Positions 23,706 to 36,365 of a stretch of 64,000 bases of DNA are shown here, one piece after another. Made by a program: the position numbers and the translations under genes. Within the stretch, counting starts at the first letter, position 1. Every line of letters starts with the position of its first letter. This DNA comes from Eledone cirrhosa (taxonomy: Eukaryota): assembly GCA_964016885.1 (NCBI GenBank), contig OZ024740.1:105276001-105340000 (forward strand), given 5' to 3'. The notes beneath the pieces were generated by a model that saw nothing but the letters and a program-made list of their open reading frames with translations, made no database searches and was not told where the DNA came from.

Positions 23706-23776
23706 TATTTTATTATGCGCATTTCAAAAACAAACATCATCATGCAATAATATTTGTGTTTTCATCAGATAAAACA
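23706..23776 (-). ncRNA. Type I hammerhead ribozyme, family B copy 3
   Basis: TGTTTTAT [CTGATGA] AAACACAAATATTAT..ATGATGTTTGTTTTT [GAA] ATGCGCAT [A] ATAAAATA. Stem II substitutions relative to copy 1 keep pairing. Confidence 0.82.
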
Positions 23777-24800
23777 GGAGAACATGATATGAAGGCTAAA
23801 AAAACACTTGTGGATAGTGCAGTTTTAAATCAACATATGAAAAGTTTTAGATTGATGTGTGATATTGGGAAAAATATTCTATTTAGAGAGGGGGTGGTGG
23901 AAAGTATGAAAAAAGGGCAGGAGATGAGAGTGAAGGTGGAGAGGGAGAGATGGGTGATAGAGAGAAAGAGATAGTTTTTATAACTGAGAGAAGATATATT
24001 GTTTTACATAGAGAGGTTGAAAACCGTTGGAAGATAATGTATAAATTAAAAGAATTTGAAAATTAACGAAGGGAAAAATATGTACGAGGAAAAATATTTT
24101 ATTTAGAGAGGGGGGGGGGTGGAAAGGATGAAAAAAGGGGAGGAGATGAGAGTGAAGGTGGAGAGGGAGAGATGGGTGATAGAGAGAAAGAGATAGTTTT
24201 TATAACTGAGAAAAGATATATTGTTTTACATAGAGAGGTTGAGAACCTTTGGAAGATAATGTATAAATTAAAAGAATTTGAAAATTAACGAAGGGAAAAA
24301 ATGGAGTTGATATGCATTGAGATTAAAAAGTTTGAAGATAGAGAGAAAAAATAATAATTGCGGATGAATATTCTAACGTCAAAAAGGTGTATGTTTATAA
24401 GTATTATGGCAATTTCAAAATTAATGAAGAGAAAAAATTATTAAGGTTTGTGTGTTGAAGGATTTGAGAAAAATAATGTGAAGTTAAGGTTTGTATATTG
24501 AAGGAATTGATAATATGTGCGAAGAAAGAGTTAATATGTATTAAAAAATTATTAAGGTTTGTGTATTAGATGATTTGAGAAAAATAATGTGAAGTTAAGG
24601 TTTGTATATTGAAGGAATTGATAATATGTGCGAAGAAAGAGTTAATATGTATTAAGAATGAGTTATTTGATGGGGAGAAAAAAATAATAATAAATTAAGG
24701 ATGAATATTCAAGCGTCAAAAGAAGGAGAGGGAGTTAATGTATTGAGATTAAAAAGTCCGATATCTGCATTGCTTTATTGTACTACAATAAAAACTCACC

Positions 24801-24834
<34 letters not shown>

Positions 24835-24924
24835 GTATGTGCAAGTTAAAATCTATATGAATATATTCATGGCTGTATATGTACTTGGAGATGCTTTTTA
24901 ATGATTGTATTTATGCAGGCATGA

Positions 24925-25052
24925 GTGTGTCTGTGTTATTGCATGTATGTATGTTTTCGCGTGTGTGTGTGTAATCGTGTGTGTGTGTAATCGTGCGCGT
25001 GTGTAATTGTGTGTAATTGTGTGTAATCGTGCGCGTGTGTAATCGCGTGTGT
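24925..25052. repeat. (TG)n / GTGTAATC-type microsatellite
   Basis: Direct inspection. Confidence 0.8.
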
Positions 25053-25904
25053 TTAAAATATTGGCCATATTTCTTAGATTAACTGACAATAGGAAAGACA
25101 TCCAATTTCAAATGATTAAAAAACAACAATAACAACAACACAAACACCCCACAAATAAAACAAGCCATGACAACATTAGGTTAGTAAAAAACCCCAGAAA
25201 ACAAAAGAAACTTTACCATGAGATAATTATGAGACAAACAAGTCCAGAACTGTCTTACACAAACATTTTTTATAGTTTAATACTGGAGTAAATTTTTAGT
25301 TGTATAGCAGTGAATTCACAAGAGCATTAACATCTGCTGTTTCCACATTCAGAGGTTTTAGATTTATCTTGCTCTGGTTAATGAGTTATTACTATAATAG
25401 AGTGGAAAAAATGTCTTTGATCATAGGTCTGCTGCTCGATCAGTGTTGACCTAGGGTTAGACATATGCTCTTTCATAACTACTAGTGAACCAGTGCCATC
25501 AATAATGATGGCAATATCATTGAATGTATTTGATTTTGAGCATCTAGGGTTGGTATGTCATATATAACAGAGTTACTGGATATATGAGCAATCAGACCAA
25601 CTGGGAAATTTGCAATTTGATAAATTTATGGTTTGTACATATTGATTACCGACATGTAAAAGTGAGTAAAGATAAAAATATTTTAACCTATTTCTAGGAT
25701 ATAATTACCTAAATATTCAGCATGATTAAATGCATGAGTAACTTTGGAGAAATAACTATTTATAGGGGTAAATGTAAGGTTAGAACCCAGGTACTTGTGA
25801 TTGGAAAACACTTATTGTAGCAACATAACAGGTAAGAAATACATTGTTTAATATATGTTACATGTATATGCATCTTACCATTTAACTTCATTCTAATGGA
25901 ACAC

Positions 25905-26160
25905 ACTACCTATGTTCATTTTCCTTGCTGTCATGAGTTGGGTAGATTGTCATGGTTTGAGACTGGATGGGTTGGAGATCCTCATCTCATTTGTACATTC
26001 TGATTTTGGCATGGTTGCTACAACTGGATACCCTCTTTAATGCCAACAACTTTACAGCACAGACTGAGTGCATCTTGTGGCACCAACACAAGCACTTTAC
26101 AGAGTGGACCGAGTGCATCTTGTGGCACCAACACTAGCACTTTACAGAGTGTAATGGTAA
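25905..26160 (-). mobile_element. Degenerate RTE 3'UTR fragment
   Basis: CTACAACTGGATACCC..TAATGCCAACAACTTTACAG and tandem CACTTTACAGAGTG units like the LINE 3'UTR. Confidence 0.65.
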
Positions 26161-26243
26161 AAGGTGAATGCCTTGTGGGAGCGGGGAGTTCAAACATCAA
26201 ACAGTTTACATGAAACATAAGAAATGTGAAATAATTTCAACAA

Positions 26244-26430
26244 TAATTGTTTCTATTTTAGGCACAAGGCCAGCAATTACCCAGTACATTACTGGTACTT
26301 TATTTTATCGACCCCGTAAGGATGAAAGGCAAAGTTAACCTCGGCGGGATTTGAACTCAGATCATAAAGGGATGTAACTCTATGCTTCAAAGCATGGTGT
26401 CCGACTCTCTACCGATACTGCCAATCCAAT
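26244..26430 (-). mobile_element. Nin-domain-type SINE
   Basis: Full-length reverse complement of the 14018-14203 family. Confidence 0.9.
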
Positions 26431-27676
26431 GACATTAAAGGACATCTGAGGTTTCAGAATCTTAACTGTCAATTAAATATTTCAACAAAGAACTAATTGT
26501 ATGATTTCAGTTTCAAATATTTGCTTTGAAAATACCATGAATAGATGATGGCGTTGGAGTAGTGTTTGATTGAATCCCCCCCAAACCCTTCTCATTAAAT
26601 TTATGAAGAATGCAATAAATAAACTTTCATCTCTTATTTGTGACAATCACTATGATTAGGTTAAGACCACTCAAAAAGCAAAGACCAAACATTGCTGCAA
26701 GCTATAATGGATTTTCAGATAAAATAGAAGGACCATTTAAATATACATTTATATTTAGAAACTTTCAATACTAAGTTCTGAGATAGGCTGAAGTAGTGTT
26801 GTATTTGAATCTAAATCTCCCGAACCTATTACTTTTGAAGAATCTTTTCAGTGGTGTTACAAACAACCAGTACACTCAGAAAAACAATTATTTTATTAAA
26901 TACTTTAAAACGTTTAATAATTTACTACATTAATTGAATCATCCTATCCACTCTGTGAAATAAGAGTGCTGATGTCACAAAAAGCACTTTGTACATCTCA
27001 TTAATTCACTCTCGCTACCTCCATTTTTAAAGATGTACCAGACCAACCAACAAAATGCGTGTTTTACATCAGAGAACAATTGATATTATGTGATTAGTAG
27101 CAGGTTTTCAATACAGCAATCACTAGTTTACTGTATTTTTGATAAGAGTAGCAAGGAAGTTTCTATAACCCAGTGTAAAACAAATATTACAAAGGACTTC
27201 ATTTGAAAAGCATAGGGATTTTATTTTTCTTGACCAGGTTTACATTATTTGTCAATCTACACATTGTATACATACACACAGATACACACACATTTTACTC
27301 TTTTACTGGTTTCAATCAGACTGTGGTCACACTGGGGCACACCTTTGAGATTTTATATTTATCAACTTTTGCAAGCAGGGAATATATTAAATGATAATGA
27401 TAATGATGCACATTTTCATACAATAGCATTCAGAAGAGTTTTCATCTACCAAATTCCAATCAAAAGTTATTTGAGAATGTAAAACAGCAAAATCAAACCT
27501 GAAATCATATGATTGCAAACTTCTTAACCACACAGCCATGTCCGGGTGGATTTATGTAAACCATTCACACAAGAGATGTATTTTTCATGTAGCCCATTTT
27601 CTATGCTTTAAAGGTATATTTAAATCAGAAATGATTGCTAAGTCTGGAGCTTTGATTGCTTGAGAAATGCTCTATT

Positions 27677-30600
27677 CAGCATCATCATTAACGTTTAACA
27701 TCTATCTTCCACGCTAGCATGGGTTTAGACGGGAATTGTCCTACTTGAGGCAAGATTGGTCGGGTGACCATGTCTCACTCGTATAGGGCTGTTTTCACCA
27801 GGTTTTCTACGGCTGGATGCCCTTCCTAACACCAACCACCTTTACAGTGTGGAACTGGGAAGTTTTTACTGTGTTACCTACATGGCCACATTACAGCGTG
27901 GACTGTGTTTTTTTTGTCACGACACCTACACAACCTCATTTATTTTGGACTGGATGTTGTGGTACCAACAACTTTACAGAGAAAGGATGGTGTTGGTGGG
28001 AGTGGGGGGGGGGGAATAAGGGTAGTGGGATGGGGTATATTGGTTAAGAGGTGCCTACTGACTAAGTTTCGCTTTGTACATAGGCAAGGTGGGTCTTCTG
28101 TATTACTGTGTAGCGCCAAAGCTCTTGGTCCAATGACATTGTCTTAGAAAGGTGTAAGTGTGTGAGGTCAGAATTTATCAAATCGTCCCATGTTTTTCTG
28201 GGTCTACCTACTCCGTAACTTCCATCAATTTTGATTGCCCTGCACTTTTTTTTTTATACAACTCATCTTTCATGCGCATCACATGACCATACCAACGTAG
28301 TCTTCTCTTGAGTAAACAGCATCTGATCCCTCTTATTTCTAATTTCTCACTTAGTTCATTTATGCTTTGCCGTTCGCGTATATTACTATTATACATCCAA
28401 CGTAGTATGGACGCTTCGTTCCTCTCCAGTCTGCGCAGATCCTCTGCACACAAAGCCCATATCTCACTGCCATGTAACATTGCTGTTCGTATACAGGCAT
28501 CATACAATCTGCCTTTCATTTTTAGAAAGAAACCTTTAGTGGCCAATAGTGGTATAAGCTCTCTGAACGTTTTCCATCCCATTCTGACTGGCTACTGTAC
28601 TTTCAGAGCACCCTCCACCAGTGCTGATTTTGTCACCCAGGTAACGGAAGGTGTCCACTATTTCTATAGAACCATCTGGGCAAGAGGAGCTAGTATCCTG
28701 TGGGCACTGGCTACTTATTGCACCTGAGCATCAGCCACATATAAAAATCTACGTTCTTAGAGAGCTTACCTGTGATCCCACTACATCTTTTATGTACCCA
28801 TAGTTTGCATTTGGGACATATGGAATTTCTGCCTACTCCTTTCCTACACACTGAGCATGGCCATTTGGCAGAGGGTACCTGTACCCTATTTTCCTTTCTA
28901 CATACTAGAACTTTAGTCTTAGACAAGTTAACTTTAAGGCCTTTTGATTTTAGGCCATGCTTCCATGTTTGGAATTTCTTCTCTAGCTCAGCCATTGATT
29001 CAGCTATGAGCGTTAGATCATCTGCGTATAGGAGTTCCCATGGGCAGCCGGTCTTGAACTCCTGTTATAGCCTGAGGGGCAATAATAAATAGGAGGGAGA
29101 TAAGGACAGAGTCTTGATGAACAACTTTTACGCTAAATTCTTCACTATACTCGTTAATTCTAACCTTACTGACTGTTTCTTTATACATGGTTAGTATAGC
29201 TCTCACAAACCATTCATAAACACCTAGTTTTCTAAGAGCTGACCAGATAATAGATTGGGGGACCGTCAAAGGCTTTCTGCAAGTCAACAAAAGCTAAGTA
29301 TAGGGGTTTACTTTTAGCTAGGTACTTCTGTAGTTGTCGTACAAGGAAAAGAACATCTGTGGTACTTTTACCTGACACAAACCCAAACTGCATTTCATCT
29401 AGATCAATTCGCTCTCTGATTAGTTGCGCTATAACTCTTTCTGTGAACTTTATGACCTGGTCAATCAATTTAATGCCTCTATAGTTTCCCCTATCTAGGG
29501 CATCTCCTTTACCCTTGTAGCAGTTAATGATGCTGCTGCTACGCCAGTCATTTGGTATGACCCCATTCTTTATGACTTGGTTTACTATCCGGGTGACCAT
29601 AGTGTGTCCCACCGTTCCAGATGCTTTCAGCATTTCAGCAACTATCTCTGAGGGCCCAGCTGCCTTGCCCGTCTTCATATCTTTGATTGCCTTATTATAC
29701 TACCTTTAACTTGCACTGCTGGTCCCTCTATTGGATTGATTTGGGACAGACTATCTTTTTCCCATTTATTCTCCTCATTTAGTAGTCTCTCGTAGTGACA
29801 CTTCCAAGCTACCTTCTTATCAGGATCAGTGATTGCAAGTACACCATCATCATTACGGACACACATCAACAATATCACGGTTTTCCTTGACATTGTCTTG
29901 CAATCCTGAACACCTCACGTTTTTGGTCCTCGCGTTGTAGAACATGCTTGAACTTTCTTTCCTCTGCTTCCCTCCTTGCAAAGTACACTTGTCTCCTAGC
30001 TTCTCTCCTGGCCACTTGATAGTGTTCTCTACTTCCCCCATCCCGCCATACTTTCCAAGCCTGATTTTTGACCTTGATTGACTCCTCCACCTTACTATTC
30101 CACCACCAAGTTACTCTCCTCCTGCCTATAGGTCTGCTCCAGCCACAGATTTTATCTGTTGCTTTCAGCAGGTTAACTTTCAGGAATTCCCACTGTTCCT
30201 CTATATTGTATGTCTCTTATTACTCTTCCTTACTGTCAAAAGCATCAAGTAATATGCTTTTAAATTTGTTACTGGCTGTGGGGTCCTTTAACTTCCTTAT
30301 TCTTCTCCTCAGGGTAGTCCGCCTCTGTTGTCGAGTACGTCTAGTCCTGACTATGAGGTCGCTAACTATGAGGCTATGTTGGGAGGTGCATTCTTCATGG
30401 GGGAGGGATTTAGTGTTTACAACAGAACTCTATCACATCTTCTGGTAAGGATATAATCTGACTGGCGTGTTCCCCTGATCTATAGGTGATCAAGTGATTG
30501 TCTCGTTTTTTGAAGTTTGTGTTAGATAGTTAGGTTATTAGCATCACAGAATTCCAGGATTCTGAAGCCTTCCAAATTTCTCGTACCTAACCCATAGCCT

Positions 30601-31558
30601 CCATAGATTCCACCATAGCCGTCACAATGTTGTCCAACATGACCATTTAGGTCGCCAGCAATTATTATGTAGTCACTGTCGGTTATTTGGGAGGTAGTAA
30701 GCATTAGTGACTCATAGAATCTGTCTTTTATAACGCCAGGTAGTCCAGATTGGGGTGCATAAGTGGATATTATTGTCACAGTAGTTCTGTTTAGGACTAG
30801 TCTTATTTTAATTATTCTGTCGTTCACTCTATTTACAGCAATTGCCTTATCTACCCATTTTTCTGCTAACATGATTCCTACTCCACTTGGCCCATTGTCA
30901 TTTCCCACCCAGAAAAGTTTATAGGATCGTTTTTTACCTACAATGAATCTAGCAGACCCACCCCTCCACCTAGTCTCTTGAACACAACAAACATCAACTT
31001 CCTTACGTTCAAGCATCTCTACAACCTCATTCGAGCAACCTTTTAAAGTGTTTACATTCATGGTACCAACTCTGAAGTTTTGGATTTCGTTTGGAAGGTG
31101 GAAGGGATGGGTTGGAGGCGCAGGGAGGGGTAAGGGAGGCGGGGTTATGTTAGCAATCCGTGTCTGAAATAATGAGGAGTCCTTGCATTCTCATCCGGCA
31201 ACAGGAGGTGAATTTATCTTTATCTTTGACATTGAGTGTTCACATTCTTCAGACTCTCCAAATCCCGTAGTCCATCTAGCATATCGAGGAGAGAGTACTA
31301 GCCGAGGCGGTGGTTTTGTGGAAGAGATTGGAGAGAAACATATAAGCCACTGAATTATGATTGGACCAAATAGAATGGGAAAGTTAACGAGCAGAATAAC
31401 TTTTCTGAGGGTCCTACACATTTGACCATAATTATGAGAAGTTAAACAAGAAGTTTAATATAAATAAATACCGTTGGATGAGGAATGTTGGACAGACAAG
31501 AAAATGAACTGAACACGGCAACTCAACACGGCAACTCAGCAATATCAAGGATTCGACA
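27677..31558 (-). mobile_element. RTE LINE copy 3, apparently full length, pseudogenised
   Basis: EN, RT, PHD and C-terminal fragments in shifting frames (28208-31061), (TGA)n tail, ~480 bp upstream of EN. Candidate 13-bp TSD GAAATGCTCTATT (27664-27676) / GAGATTCTCTATT (31559-31571). Confidence 0.93.
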
Positions 31559-32344
31559 GAGATTCTCTATTGTTTAATTATATTAGATTATTTGTGTAAG
31601 AATAAAAGGAATTATATAGATCTCAATTGCGGTTTGCCAACAACCATTCTATAACATGTCCAACAGTTATTTTTTACCATTTTGATCTTTATATGATTAC
31701 CACCACAATATTTAACATACCCTTACTTTCATAGATCAAAATGACACACATGACAATAAAAATGTTTTCTAATTTAAACAAAGGTTATGATAAACAGCAC
31801 ATTAAAAACCTCACATCTAGGTTAGAATGTTTTATGGCATTAAAGTCAAACTCAGGGACTTGTTCTTTAGATATATTTCAACTCTTCGGAAATGAAAAGA
31901 AGTAATAAAAAGGCGTCTAAATCTAATAGCTAGCCATTACTTTTATTATATTTAAAAATGAAAGGCTTTGAAATATCTCCATTTAAAGTAATAGTTATTG
32001 GCAACTTGCATCTAGGCTGCTGTTTACAAACATTTTAGATAAGGCCAAGCCACTCAGATTTATACATACTACTTTGAAGATTTATTGAAGTGACTTCAAA
32101 AGAAGATTCCAAAACTACAAAGCTACACAATTCTTTTGATATCAAATCAGCTAAAGTCACCCTTCGTTCTATAATACATGTTTATTTTAAAATGTTTATA
32201 TTTATCTCAAAGCCTTTATTATTTAAGCACCTTTGTTAAGTTATGTTCCAACCATCAACTTAACGAAAAAATTAATTATTTTACTAAAACACTTCAGATT
32301 TTTGTTTTCAAGATTATTATTTCATTAAACATATGGTAATGAAA

Positions 32345-32880
32345 CAATGGATCCACCGTGGACTCTTTCGGACTCCACCCGCTTTCCTGTCGCCACAGTG
32401 CTGGTCGCCTTCCACGCCATGCTGCTCTCAACGAGGTCATTAAGCATGGCTTGGACGCTGCAGGCTTCCCCTCCCAGCTCGAGCCGGTGGGGCTGGACTG
32501 AGGAGATGGCAAAGGCCAGACGGTATGACCATCTTCCTGTTCCGCGGTGGCAAACCCCTCGTCTGGGATGCCACTTGCAGCGACACTTTCTCCAGCCATA
32601 ACCTGGTGCAGTCTGCGACTAATCCAGGTACTGCTGCACGTCGGGCTGAGGAGGCCAAACTCTCCAAGTACCAGTGAGTCTCCGACAGGTTCGCGGTCGT
32701 GCCCTTGGCAGTGGAGACTTCTGGTGTCCCTGGCCCTAGAGCTACCCGCCTATTCACCACCATAGGCGCTGAGCTGGCCAGCCGCAGGTGTGAGCCTTGC
32801 CAGTTGGAATGCCTCTTCCAGGGAAACGTCTTCTCCATCCTGTCCGCCGGGGCTGTGGGGAGGCCAGCACGTGGGACCCC
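32345..32880 (+). pseudogene. 3' fragment of a CRE-like non-LTR retrotransposon (CCHC finger + restriction-like endonuclease)
   Basis: GC-rich island translating, with frameshifts, to LSC..SAGR..RH..LNEVI...GDGK/RPDGMTI..FRGGKPLVWDATCSDTF...AEEAKLSKY...VPLAVETSG. Confidence 0.8.
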
Positions 32881-34649
32881 ATTTGCTCATCATACGGATT
32901 AATAGGCAAATTTATGAAACAGTTAAAGAGAGATATCTATAATGAGCAGTTGCTGTTTCAACTTTGAATTATTATTTTAAACAAACTACAGCTTAGGGCC
33001 TTACAACTCACAAGGCTTCACAATTAAAGTGCATATCCTTTCAATATTTTGGGAGATCTTCTGCTGTAATGTTTTGACAATATTCTGAACTATATCGATA
33101 AATAGGCCTGACAAAGATAAGCAAGTCTTCACTCATCAACACATTATGACCATCAACACATTATGATCATTATTCTATTCATTCTTCCTGTTCTGTTTTT
33201 CTTACAACAAATATGATTAACTGCTTCTCTGAACTAACTAATTGCATACAACATCAGCCAGTCTGAACTTCTTTGTACCTATACCATTGCATTATCCTCC
33301 ATACTATTCCTCTCACCACCTAAATATACTGCATGAAACATTTTACTTTGATGCATCTGCATCATATCTGTTTCACCTTACCTAAATATATTATATACAA
33401 CACTTTTTCTCCTCATCAGAACTAAATGATTTTCCTTCTTTCCTTTTTTAAATCTAAACATTGCATGGGAGGCTCAGCAACCTCATCCATAGGTATGGAT
33501 CAGCAATGTTTTTATTTTAAATCCAAACATTGTATGAAAAGCTCAGTGACTTAAACCCTATGTATGGATCAGCAATGTTTATGAGCACTGCCTCTTCTTT
33601 CCAGAGCAATTGATAATAAAAAGGTCTATTATACATTATTAAACCAGTCTTGAAAGTAAAGTGTGTAAAAGGCTATCATACCTACATGAAATACTATACT
33701 CAAGCTTCATATAGCTTACAAATAAACTGTGTTGACATTTTGAAAAGAAAAAATAATGTTTTATGTCTGCTTTTCCATACTGGCATGTGGAGAATGGATT
33801 TTCTGAGGCAATGATTTTGTAACCAAATGTTTTTCTTGTTGCCCATCTTATAAGCTACATTTTATGAAATGCCATAATATTGTATCAATTCTAAACTTTG
33901 AATATATACAGTAGTAAATTTTAAAGGAAACCACAGAAGAAGTAATTCAAAACTGATGGAAAAAAGACATGCTCTACAATAGAATTCAAAACATCATAGT
34001 TTCCAATCTATCACATAATTTCATAATATATAGAACTAGTTAAAACATTCATTTTCATATGGCTGGAAGCATTTTCACTAAAGCAATGTGATTATGTTTG
34101 TCATTACTTTCTGGGGGACAGCAGAACTGCTCTGCACAAATGGAAATACATTCTAAGATTGATGGTGTTTAATAATTCTGTAGTAAATTAGAAATAAGAT
34201 ATCTAAATGTACAATGTAAACAGAAATGTTTCAAGGACGATCATTAAATAGACATGTCACTTTATCTTGCAATCAAATTATACAAACATAAGTATTACAA
34301 ATAATAATGGTGATGATAAGATGACGATGACGGTGGCAACAACAATGACAGTAATAATGATGACAAATATGAAGATAAGGATCAACGAGATGATATAATA
34401 GCTAAATGTATGATGTTTAATTCAAATTCTGGATTACTGGGTTAACGTTGTAATTAATCAAAAGAAAACAATAAATCTTGATTTATTGTGACTGCATACA
34501 AGGTTAATTGATTAAGAGAGAGTATATCTAATTTAAACTGAATTGAACTAAACATGACTGGTATTCATTTTCTAAATCAAGAACAAAGCTCTGAATTTGA
34601 TACCCATAAACATTCAAAATTAGTCCGTTACAATCAAATTATATATATT

Positions 34650-34850
34650 ATCATCACTGTTTAACATCTATTTACAATGCTTACATGGGCTAGACAGGCT
34701 GTCACATACTGCGGCTAAACAAGTCAGTGTCTTGTTCGTATCCTACATTTTTGGCTTGATGCCTTTCCTAACACCAACCACTGGGTGCATATCATGACTA
34801 GCTTTTGCACAAGACAGTCCTCTGAGCCATCTAGTTCCAGACCATGGAAA
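34650..34850 (-). mobile_element. Degenerate RTE/SINE 3' tail
   Basis: TCATCACTGTTTAACATC..ATGCTTACATGGG..GATGCCTTTCCTAACACCAACCAC. Confidence 0.6.
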
Positions 34851-34861
34851 CCTATCCAATG

Positions 34862-34904
<43 letters not shown>

Positions 34905-35053
34905 GATTGGTGCTCTGAAATAGCGATGTATACATGAATGTGTATAGTATATTTGGTGATATACTGTATGTTTAATTAAAAACATTTTGAAGACCTTTCG
35001 CTATTATTTTAAAGTAGTGACTATGCTACTTTTTTTCAGCAAAGGAAGGGAGA

Positions 35054-35100
35054 TAAGCTGACAGATCTGTTTCACACTGGTTGGCGTTCGTCAGAGCCTA
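35054..35100 (-). ncRNA. Type I hammerhead ribozyme, family C
   Basis: TAGGCT [CTGACGA] ACGC-caacca-GTGT [GAA] ACAGATCTGT [C] AGCTTA. Canonical core with GUC cleavage triplet; predicted cut between 35060 and 35059. Confidence 0.88.
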
Positions 35101-35405
35101 GTACTCACCGACCTCTGCCGAAAATTATAGAGGCTGGATTCTTTTAGAATTCCAGTAATAATCAGGAACTGATTATACAGAGCGATTGCCGGTCCAGCAA
35201 AAATTAAAAATTAGGATTGGTGCTCTGAAATAGCAAGGTATACATGAAGGTATGTATAGTATATTTGGTGATATACTGTATGTTTAATTAAAAACATTTT
35301 GAAGACCTTTCGCTATTATTTTGCTGAAAAAAGAAGTGACATAGTCACTACTTTAAAACAATAGCGCAAGGTCTTCAAAATGTTTCGGCAGAGGTCGGCG
35401 AGTAC

Positions 35406-35451
35406 TAGGCTCTAATGAACACCAATAGTGTGAAACAGATCTGTCAGCTTA
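35406..35451 (+). ncRNA. Family C hammerhead, probably inactive (G5A)
   Basis: TAGGCT [CTAATGA] ACAC-caata-GTGT [GAA] ACAGATCTGT [C] AGCTTA. Confidence 0.65.
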
Positions 35452-35563
35452 TCTCCCTTTACTGAAAAAAGAAGTGACATAGTCACTACTTTAAAATAAT
35501 AGCGCAAGGTCTTCAAAATGTTTTTAATTAAACACAGTATATCACCAAATATACTATACATAC

Positions 35564-35625
<62 letters not shown>

Positions 35626-35844
35626 CAGGATGGAATCATCAGTTTCAAACTCAGACCATTAGTCAACAGCCCCTACTATATATGATGATGATGACAAAGA
35701 CAGAGAGAGAGAAGATATGGTATAGTATCAACAGAGGTCCCTCTCCATTTTCGTTGACTATCAGGCCAAATAACTTCAAACTATACCATAAATCTTTACT
35801 TACTCTAACTAAACATACAATCAATACAACTGATCTGCAGTTTT

Positions 35845-36365
35845 CCTTCTTTGCCCACTTATTCCAGGGAAGAGTTGTGGGAGAAGAGTACTAAAACACT
35901 CTTCAGCAGGTCCTGTCAGAAGCAACCATCTCCAACTTATCTGGCAGGATCCCCAAGCATGACCAGCCAAGCTCATGGATGTTTTCCAACCATCTTGCTC
36001 GGGGCCTACCCCTAGATTTCCTGCCGGTTGGTTTTGCCTGAAAAATCTATTCAGCAATTGTTTCCTGAGACATTCTAACCACATACCCATAGTATCAAAG
36101 CTGTGATCTCTCAATTTGGAGAAGTAGCGTCTCTACCTGGAGTGACGTACTTTATTAAAGATGCTTCAGAGGAATCCCATTTTGGTTGTTTGTATTCGTT
36201 TGTATTCATTACTCAAGATTCATGACCATAGGTAAGGGTTGGTATAAAACCGAATTGAAGATACCGAGTTTGGTTTTTATGCCTACCTCCCTTTCGATTA
36301 TTGAATGCTGAAGCTGGTGCACCAGCTTCTGCAATTCTTGCACTTAATTCAACCTCCTACTCTCC
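35845..36365 (-). mobile_element. 3' fragment of the second LINE family
   Basis: Colinear with 11730-12280. Confidence 0.8.

Larger units (their letters stand above)
23241..24802. mobile_element. Two adjacent fold-back Penelope-like/retrozyme insertions, family B
   Basis: Both begin (TA)n-AAGATCAAAAGATGGTTAAA (inverted arm) and end with the tail CCGATAT.TGCATTGCTTTATTGT.CTACAATAAAA(A)CTCACCT (about 23569-23610 and 24758-24801). Three hammerheads. Purine-rich body with ~220-bp and ~110-bp tandem duplications. Confidence 0.78.
34901..35567 (-). mobile_element. Retrozyme/Penelope-like element C: 310-nt monomer, partial tandem repeat and inverted arm, in (TA)n
   Basis: 34901-35010 repeats at 35211-35322 (period 310). 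35323-35567 consists of inverted pieces of the monomer. One hammerhead per monomer; no ORF. Confidence 0.8.

Noticed and set aside
23836-24757. Penelope RT or GIY-YIG coding remnant in the family B body
   Set aside because: Strand-biased low-complexity sequence with tandem duplications; no motif recognised.
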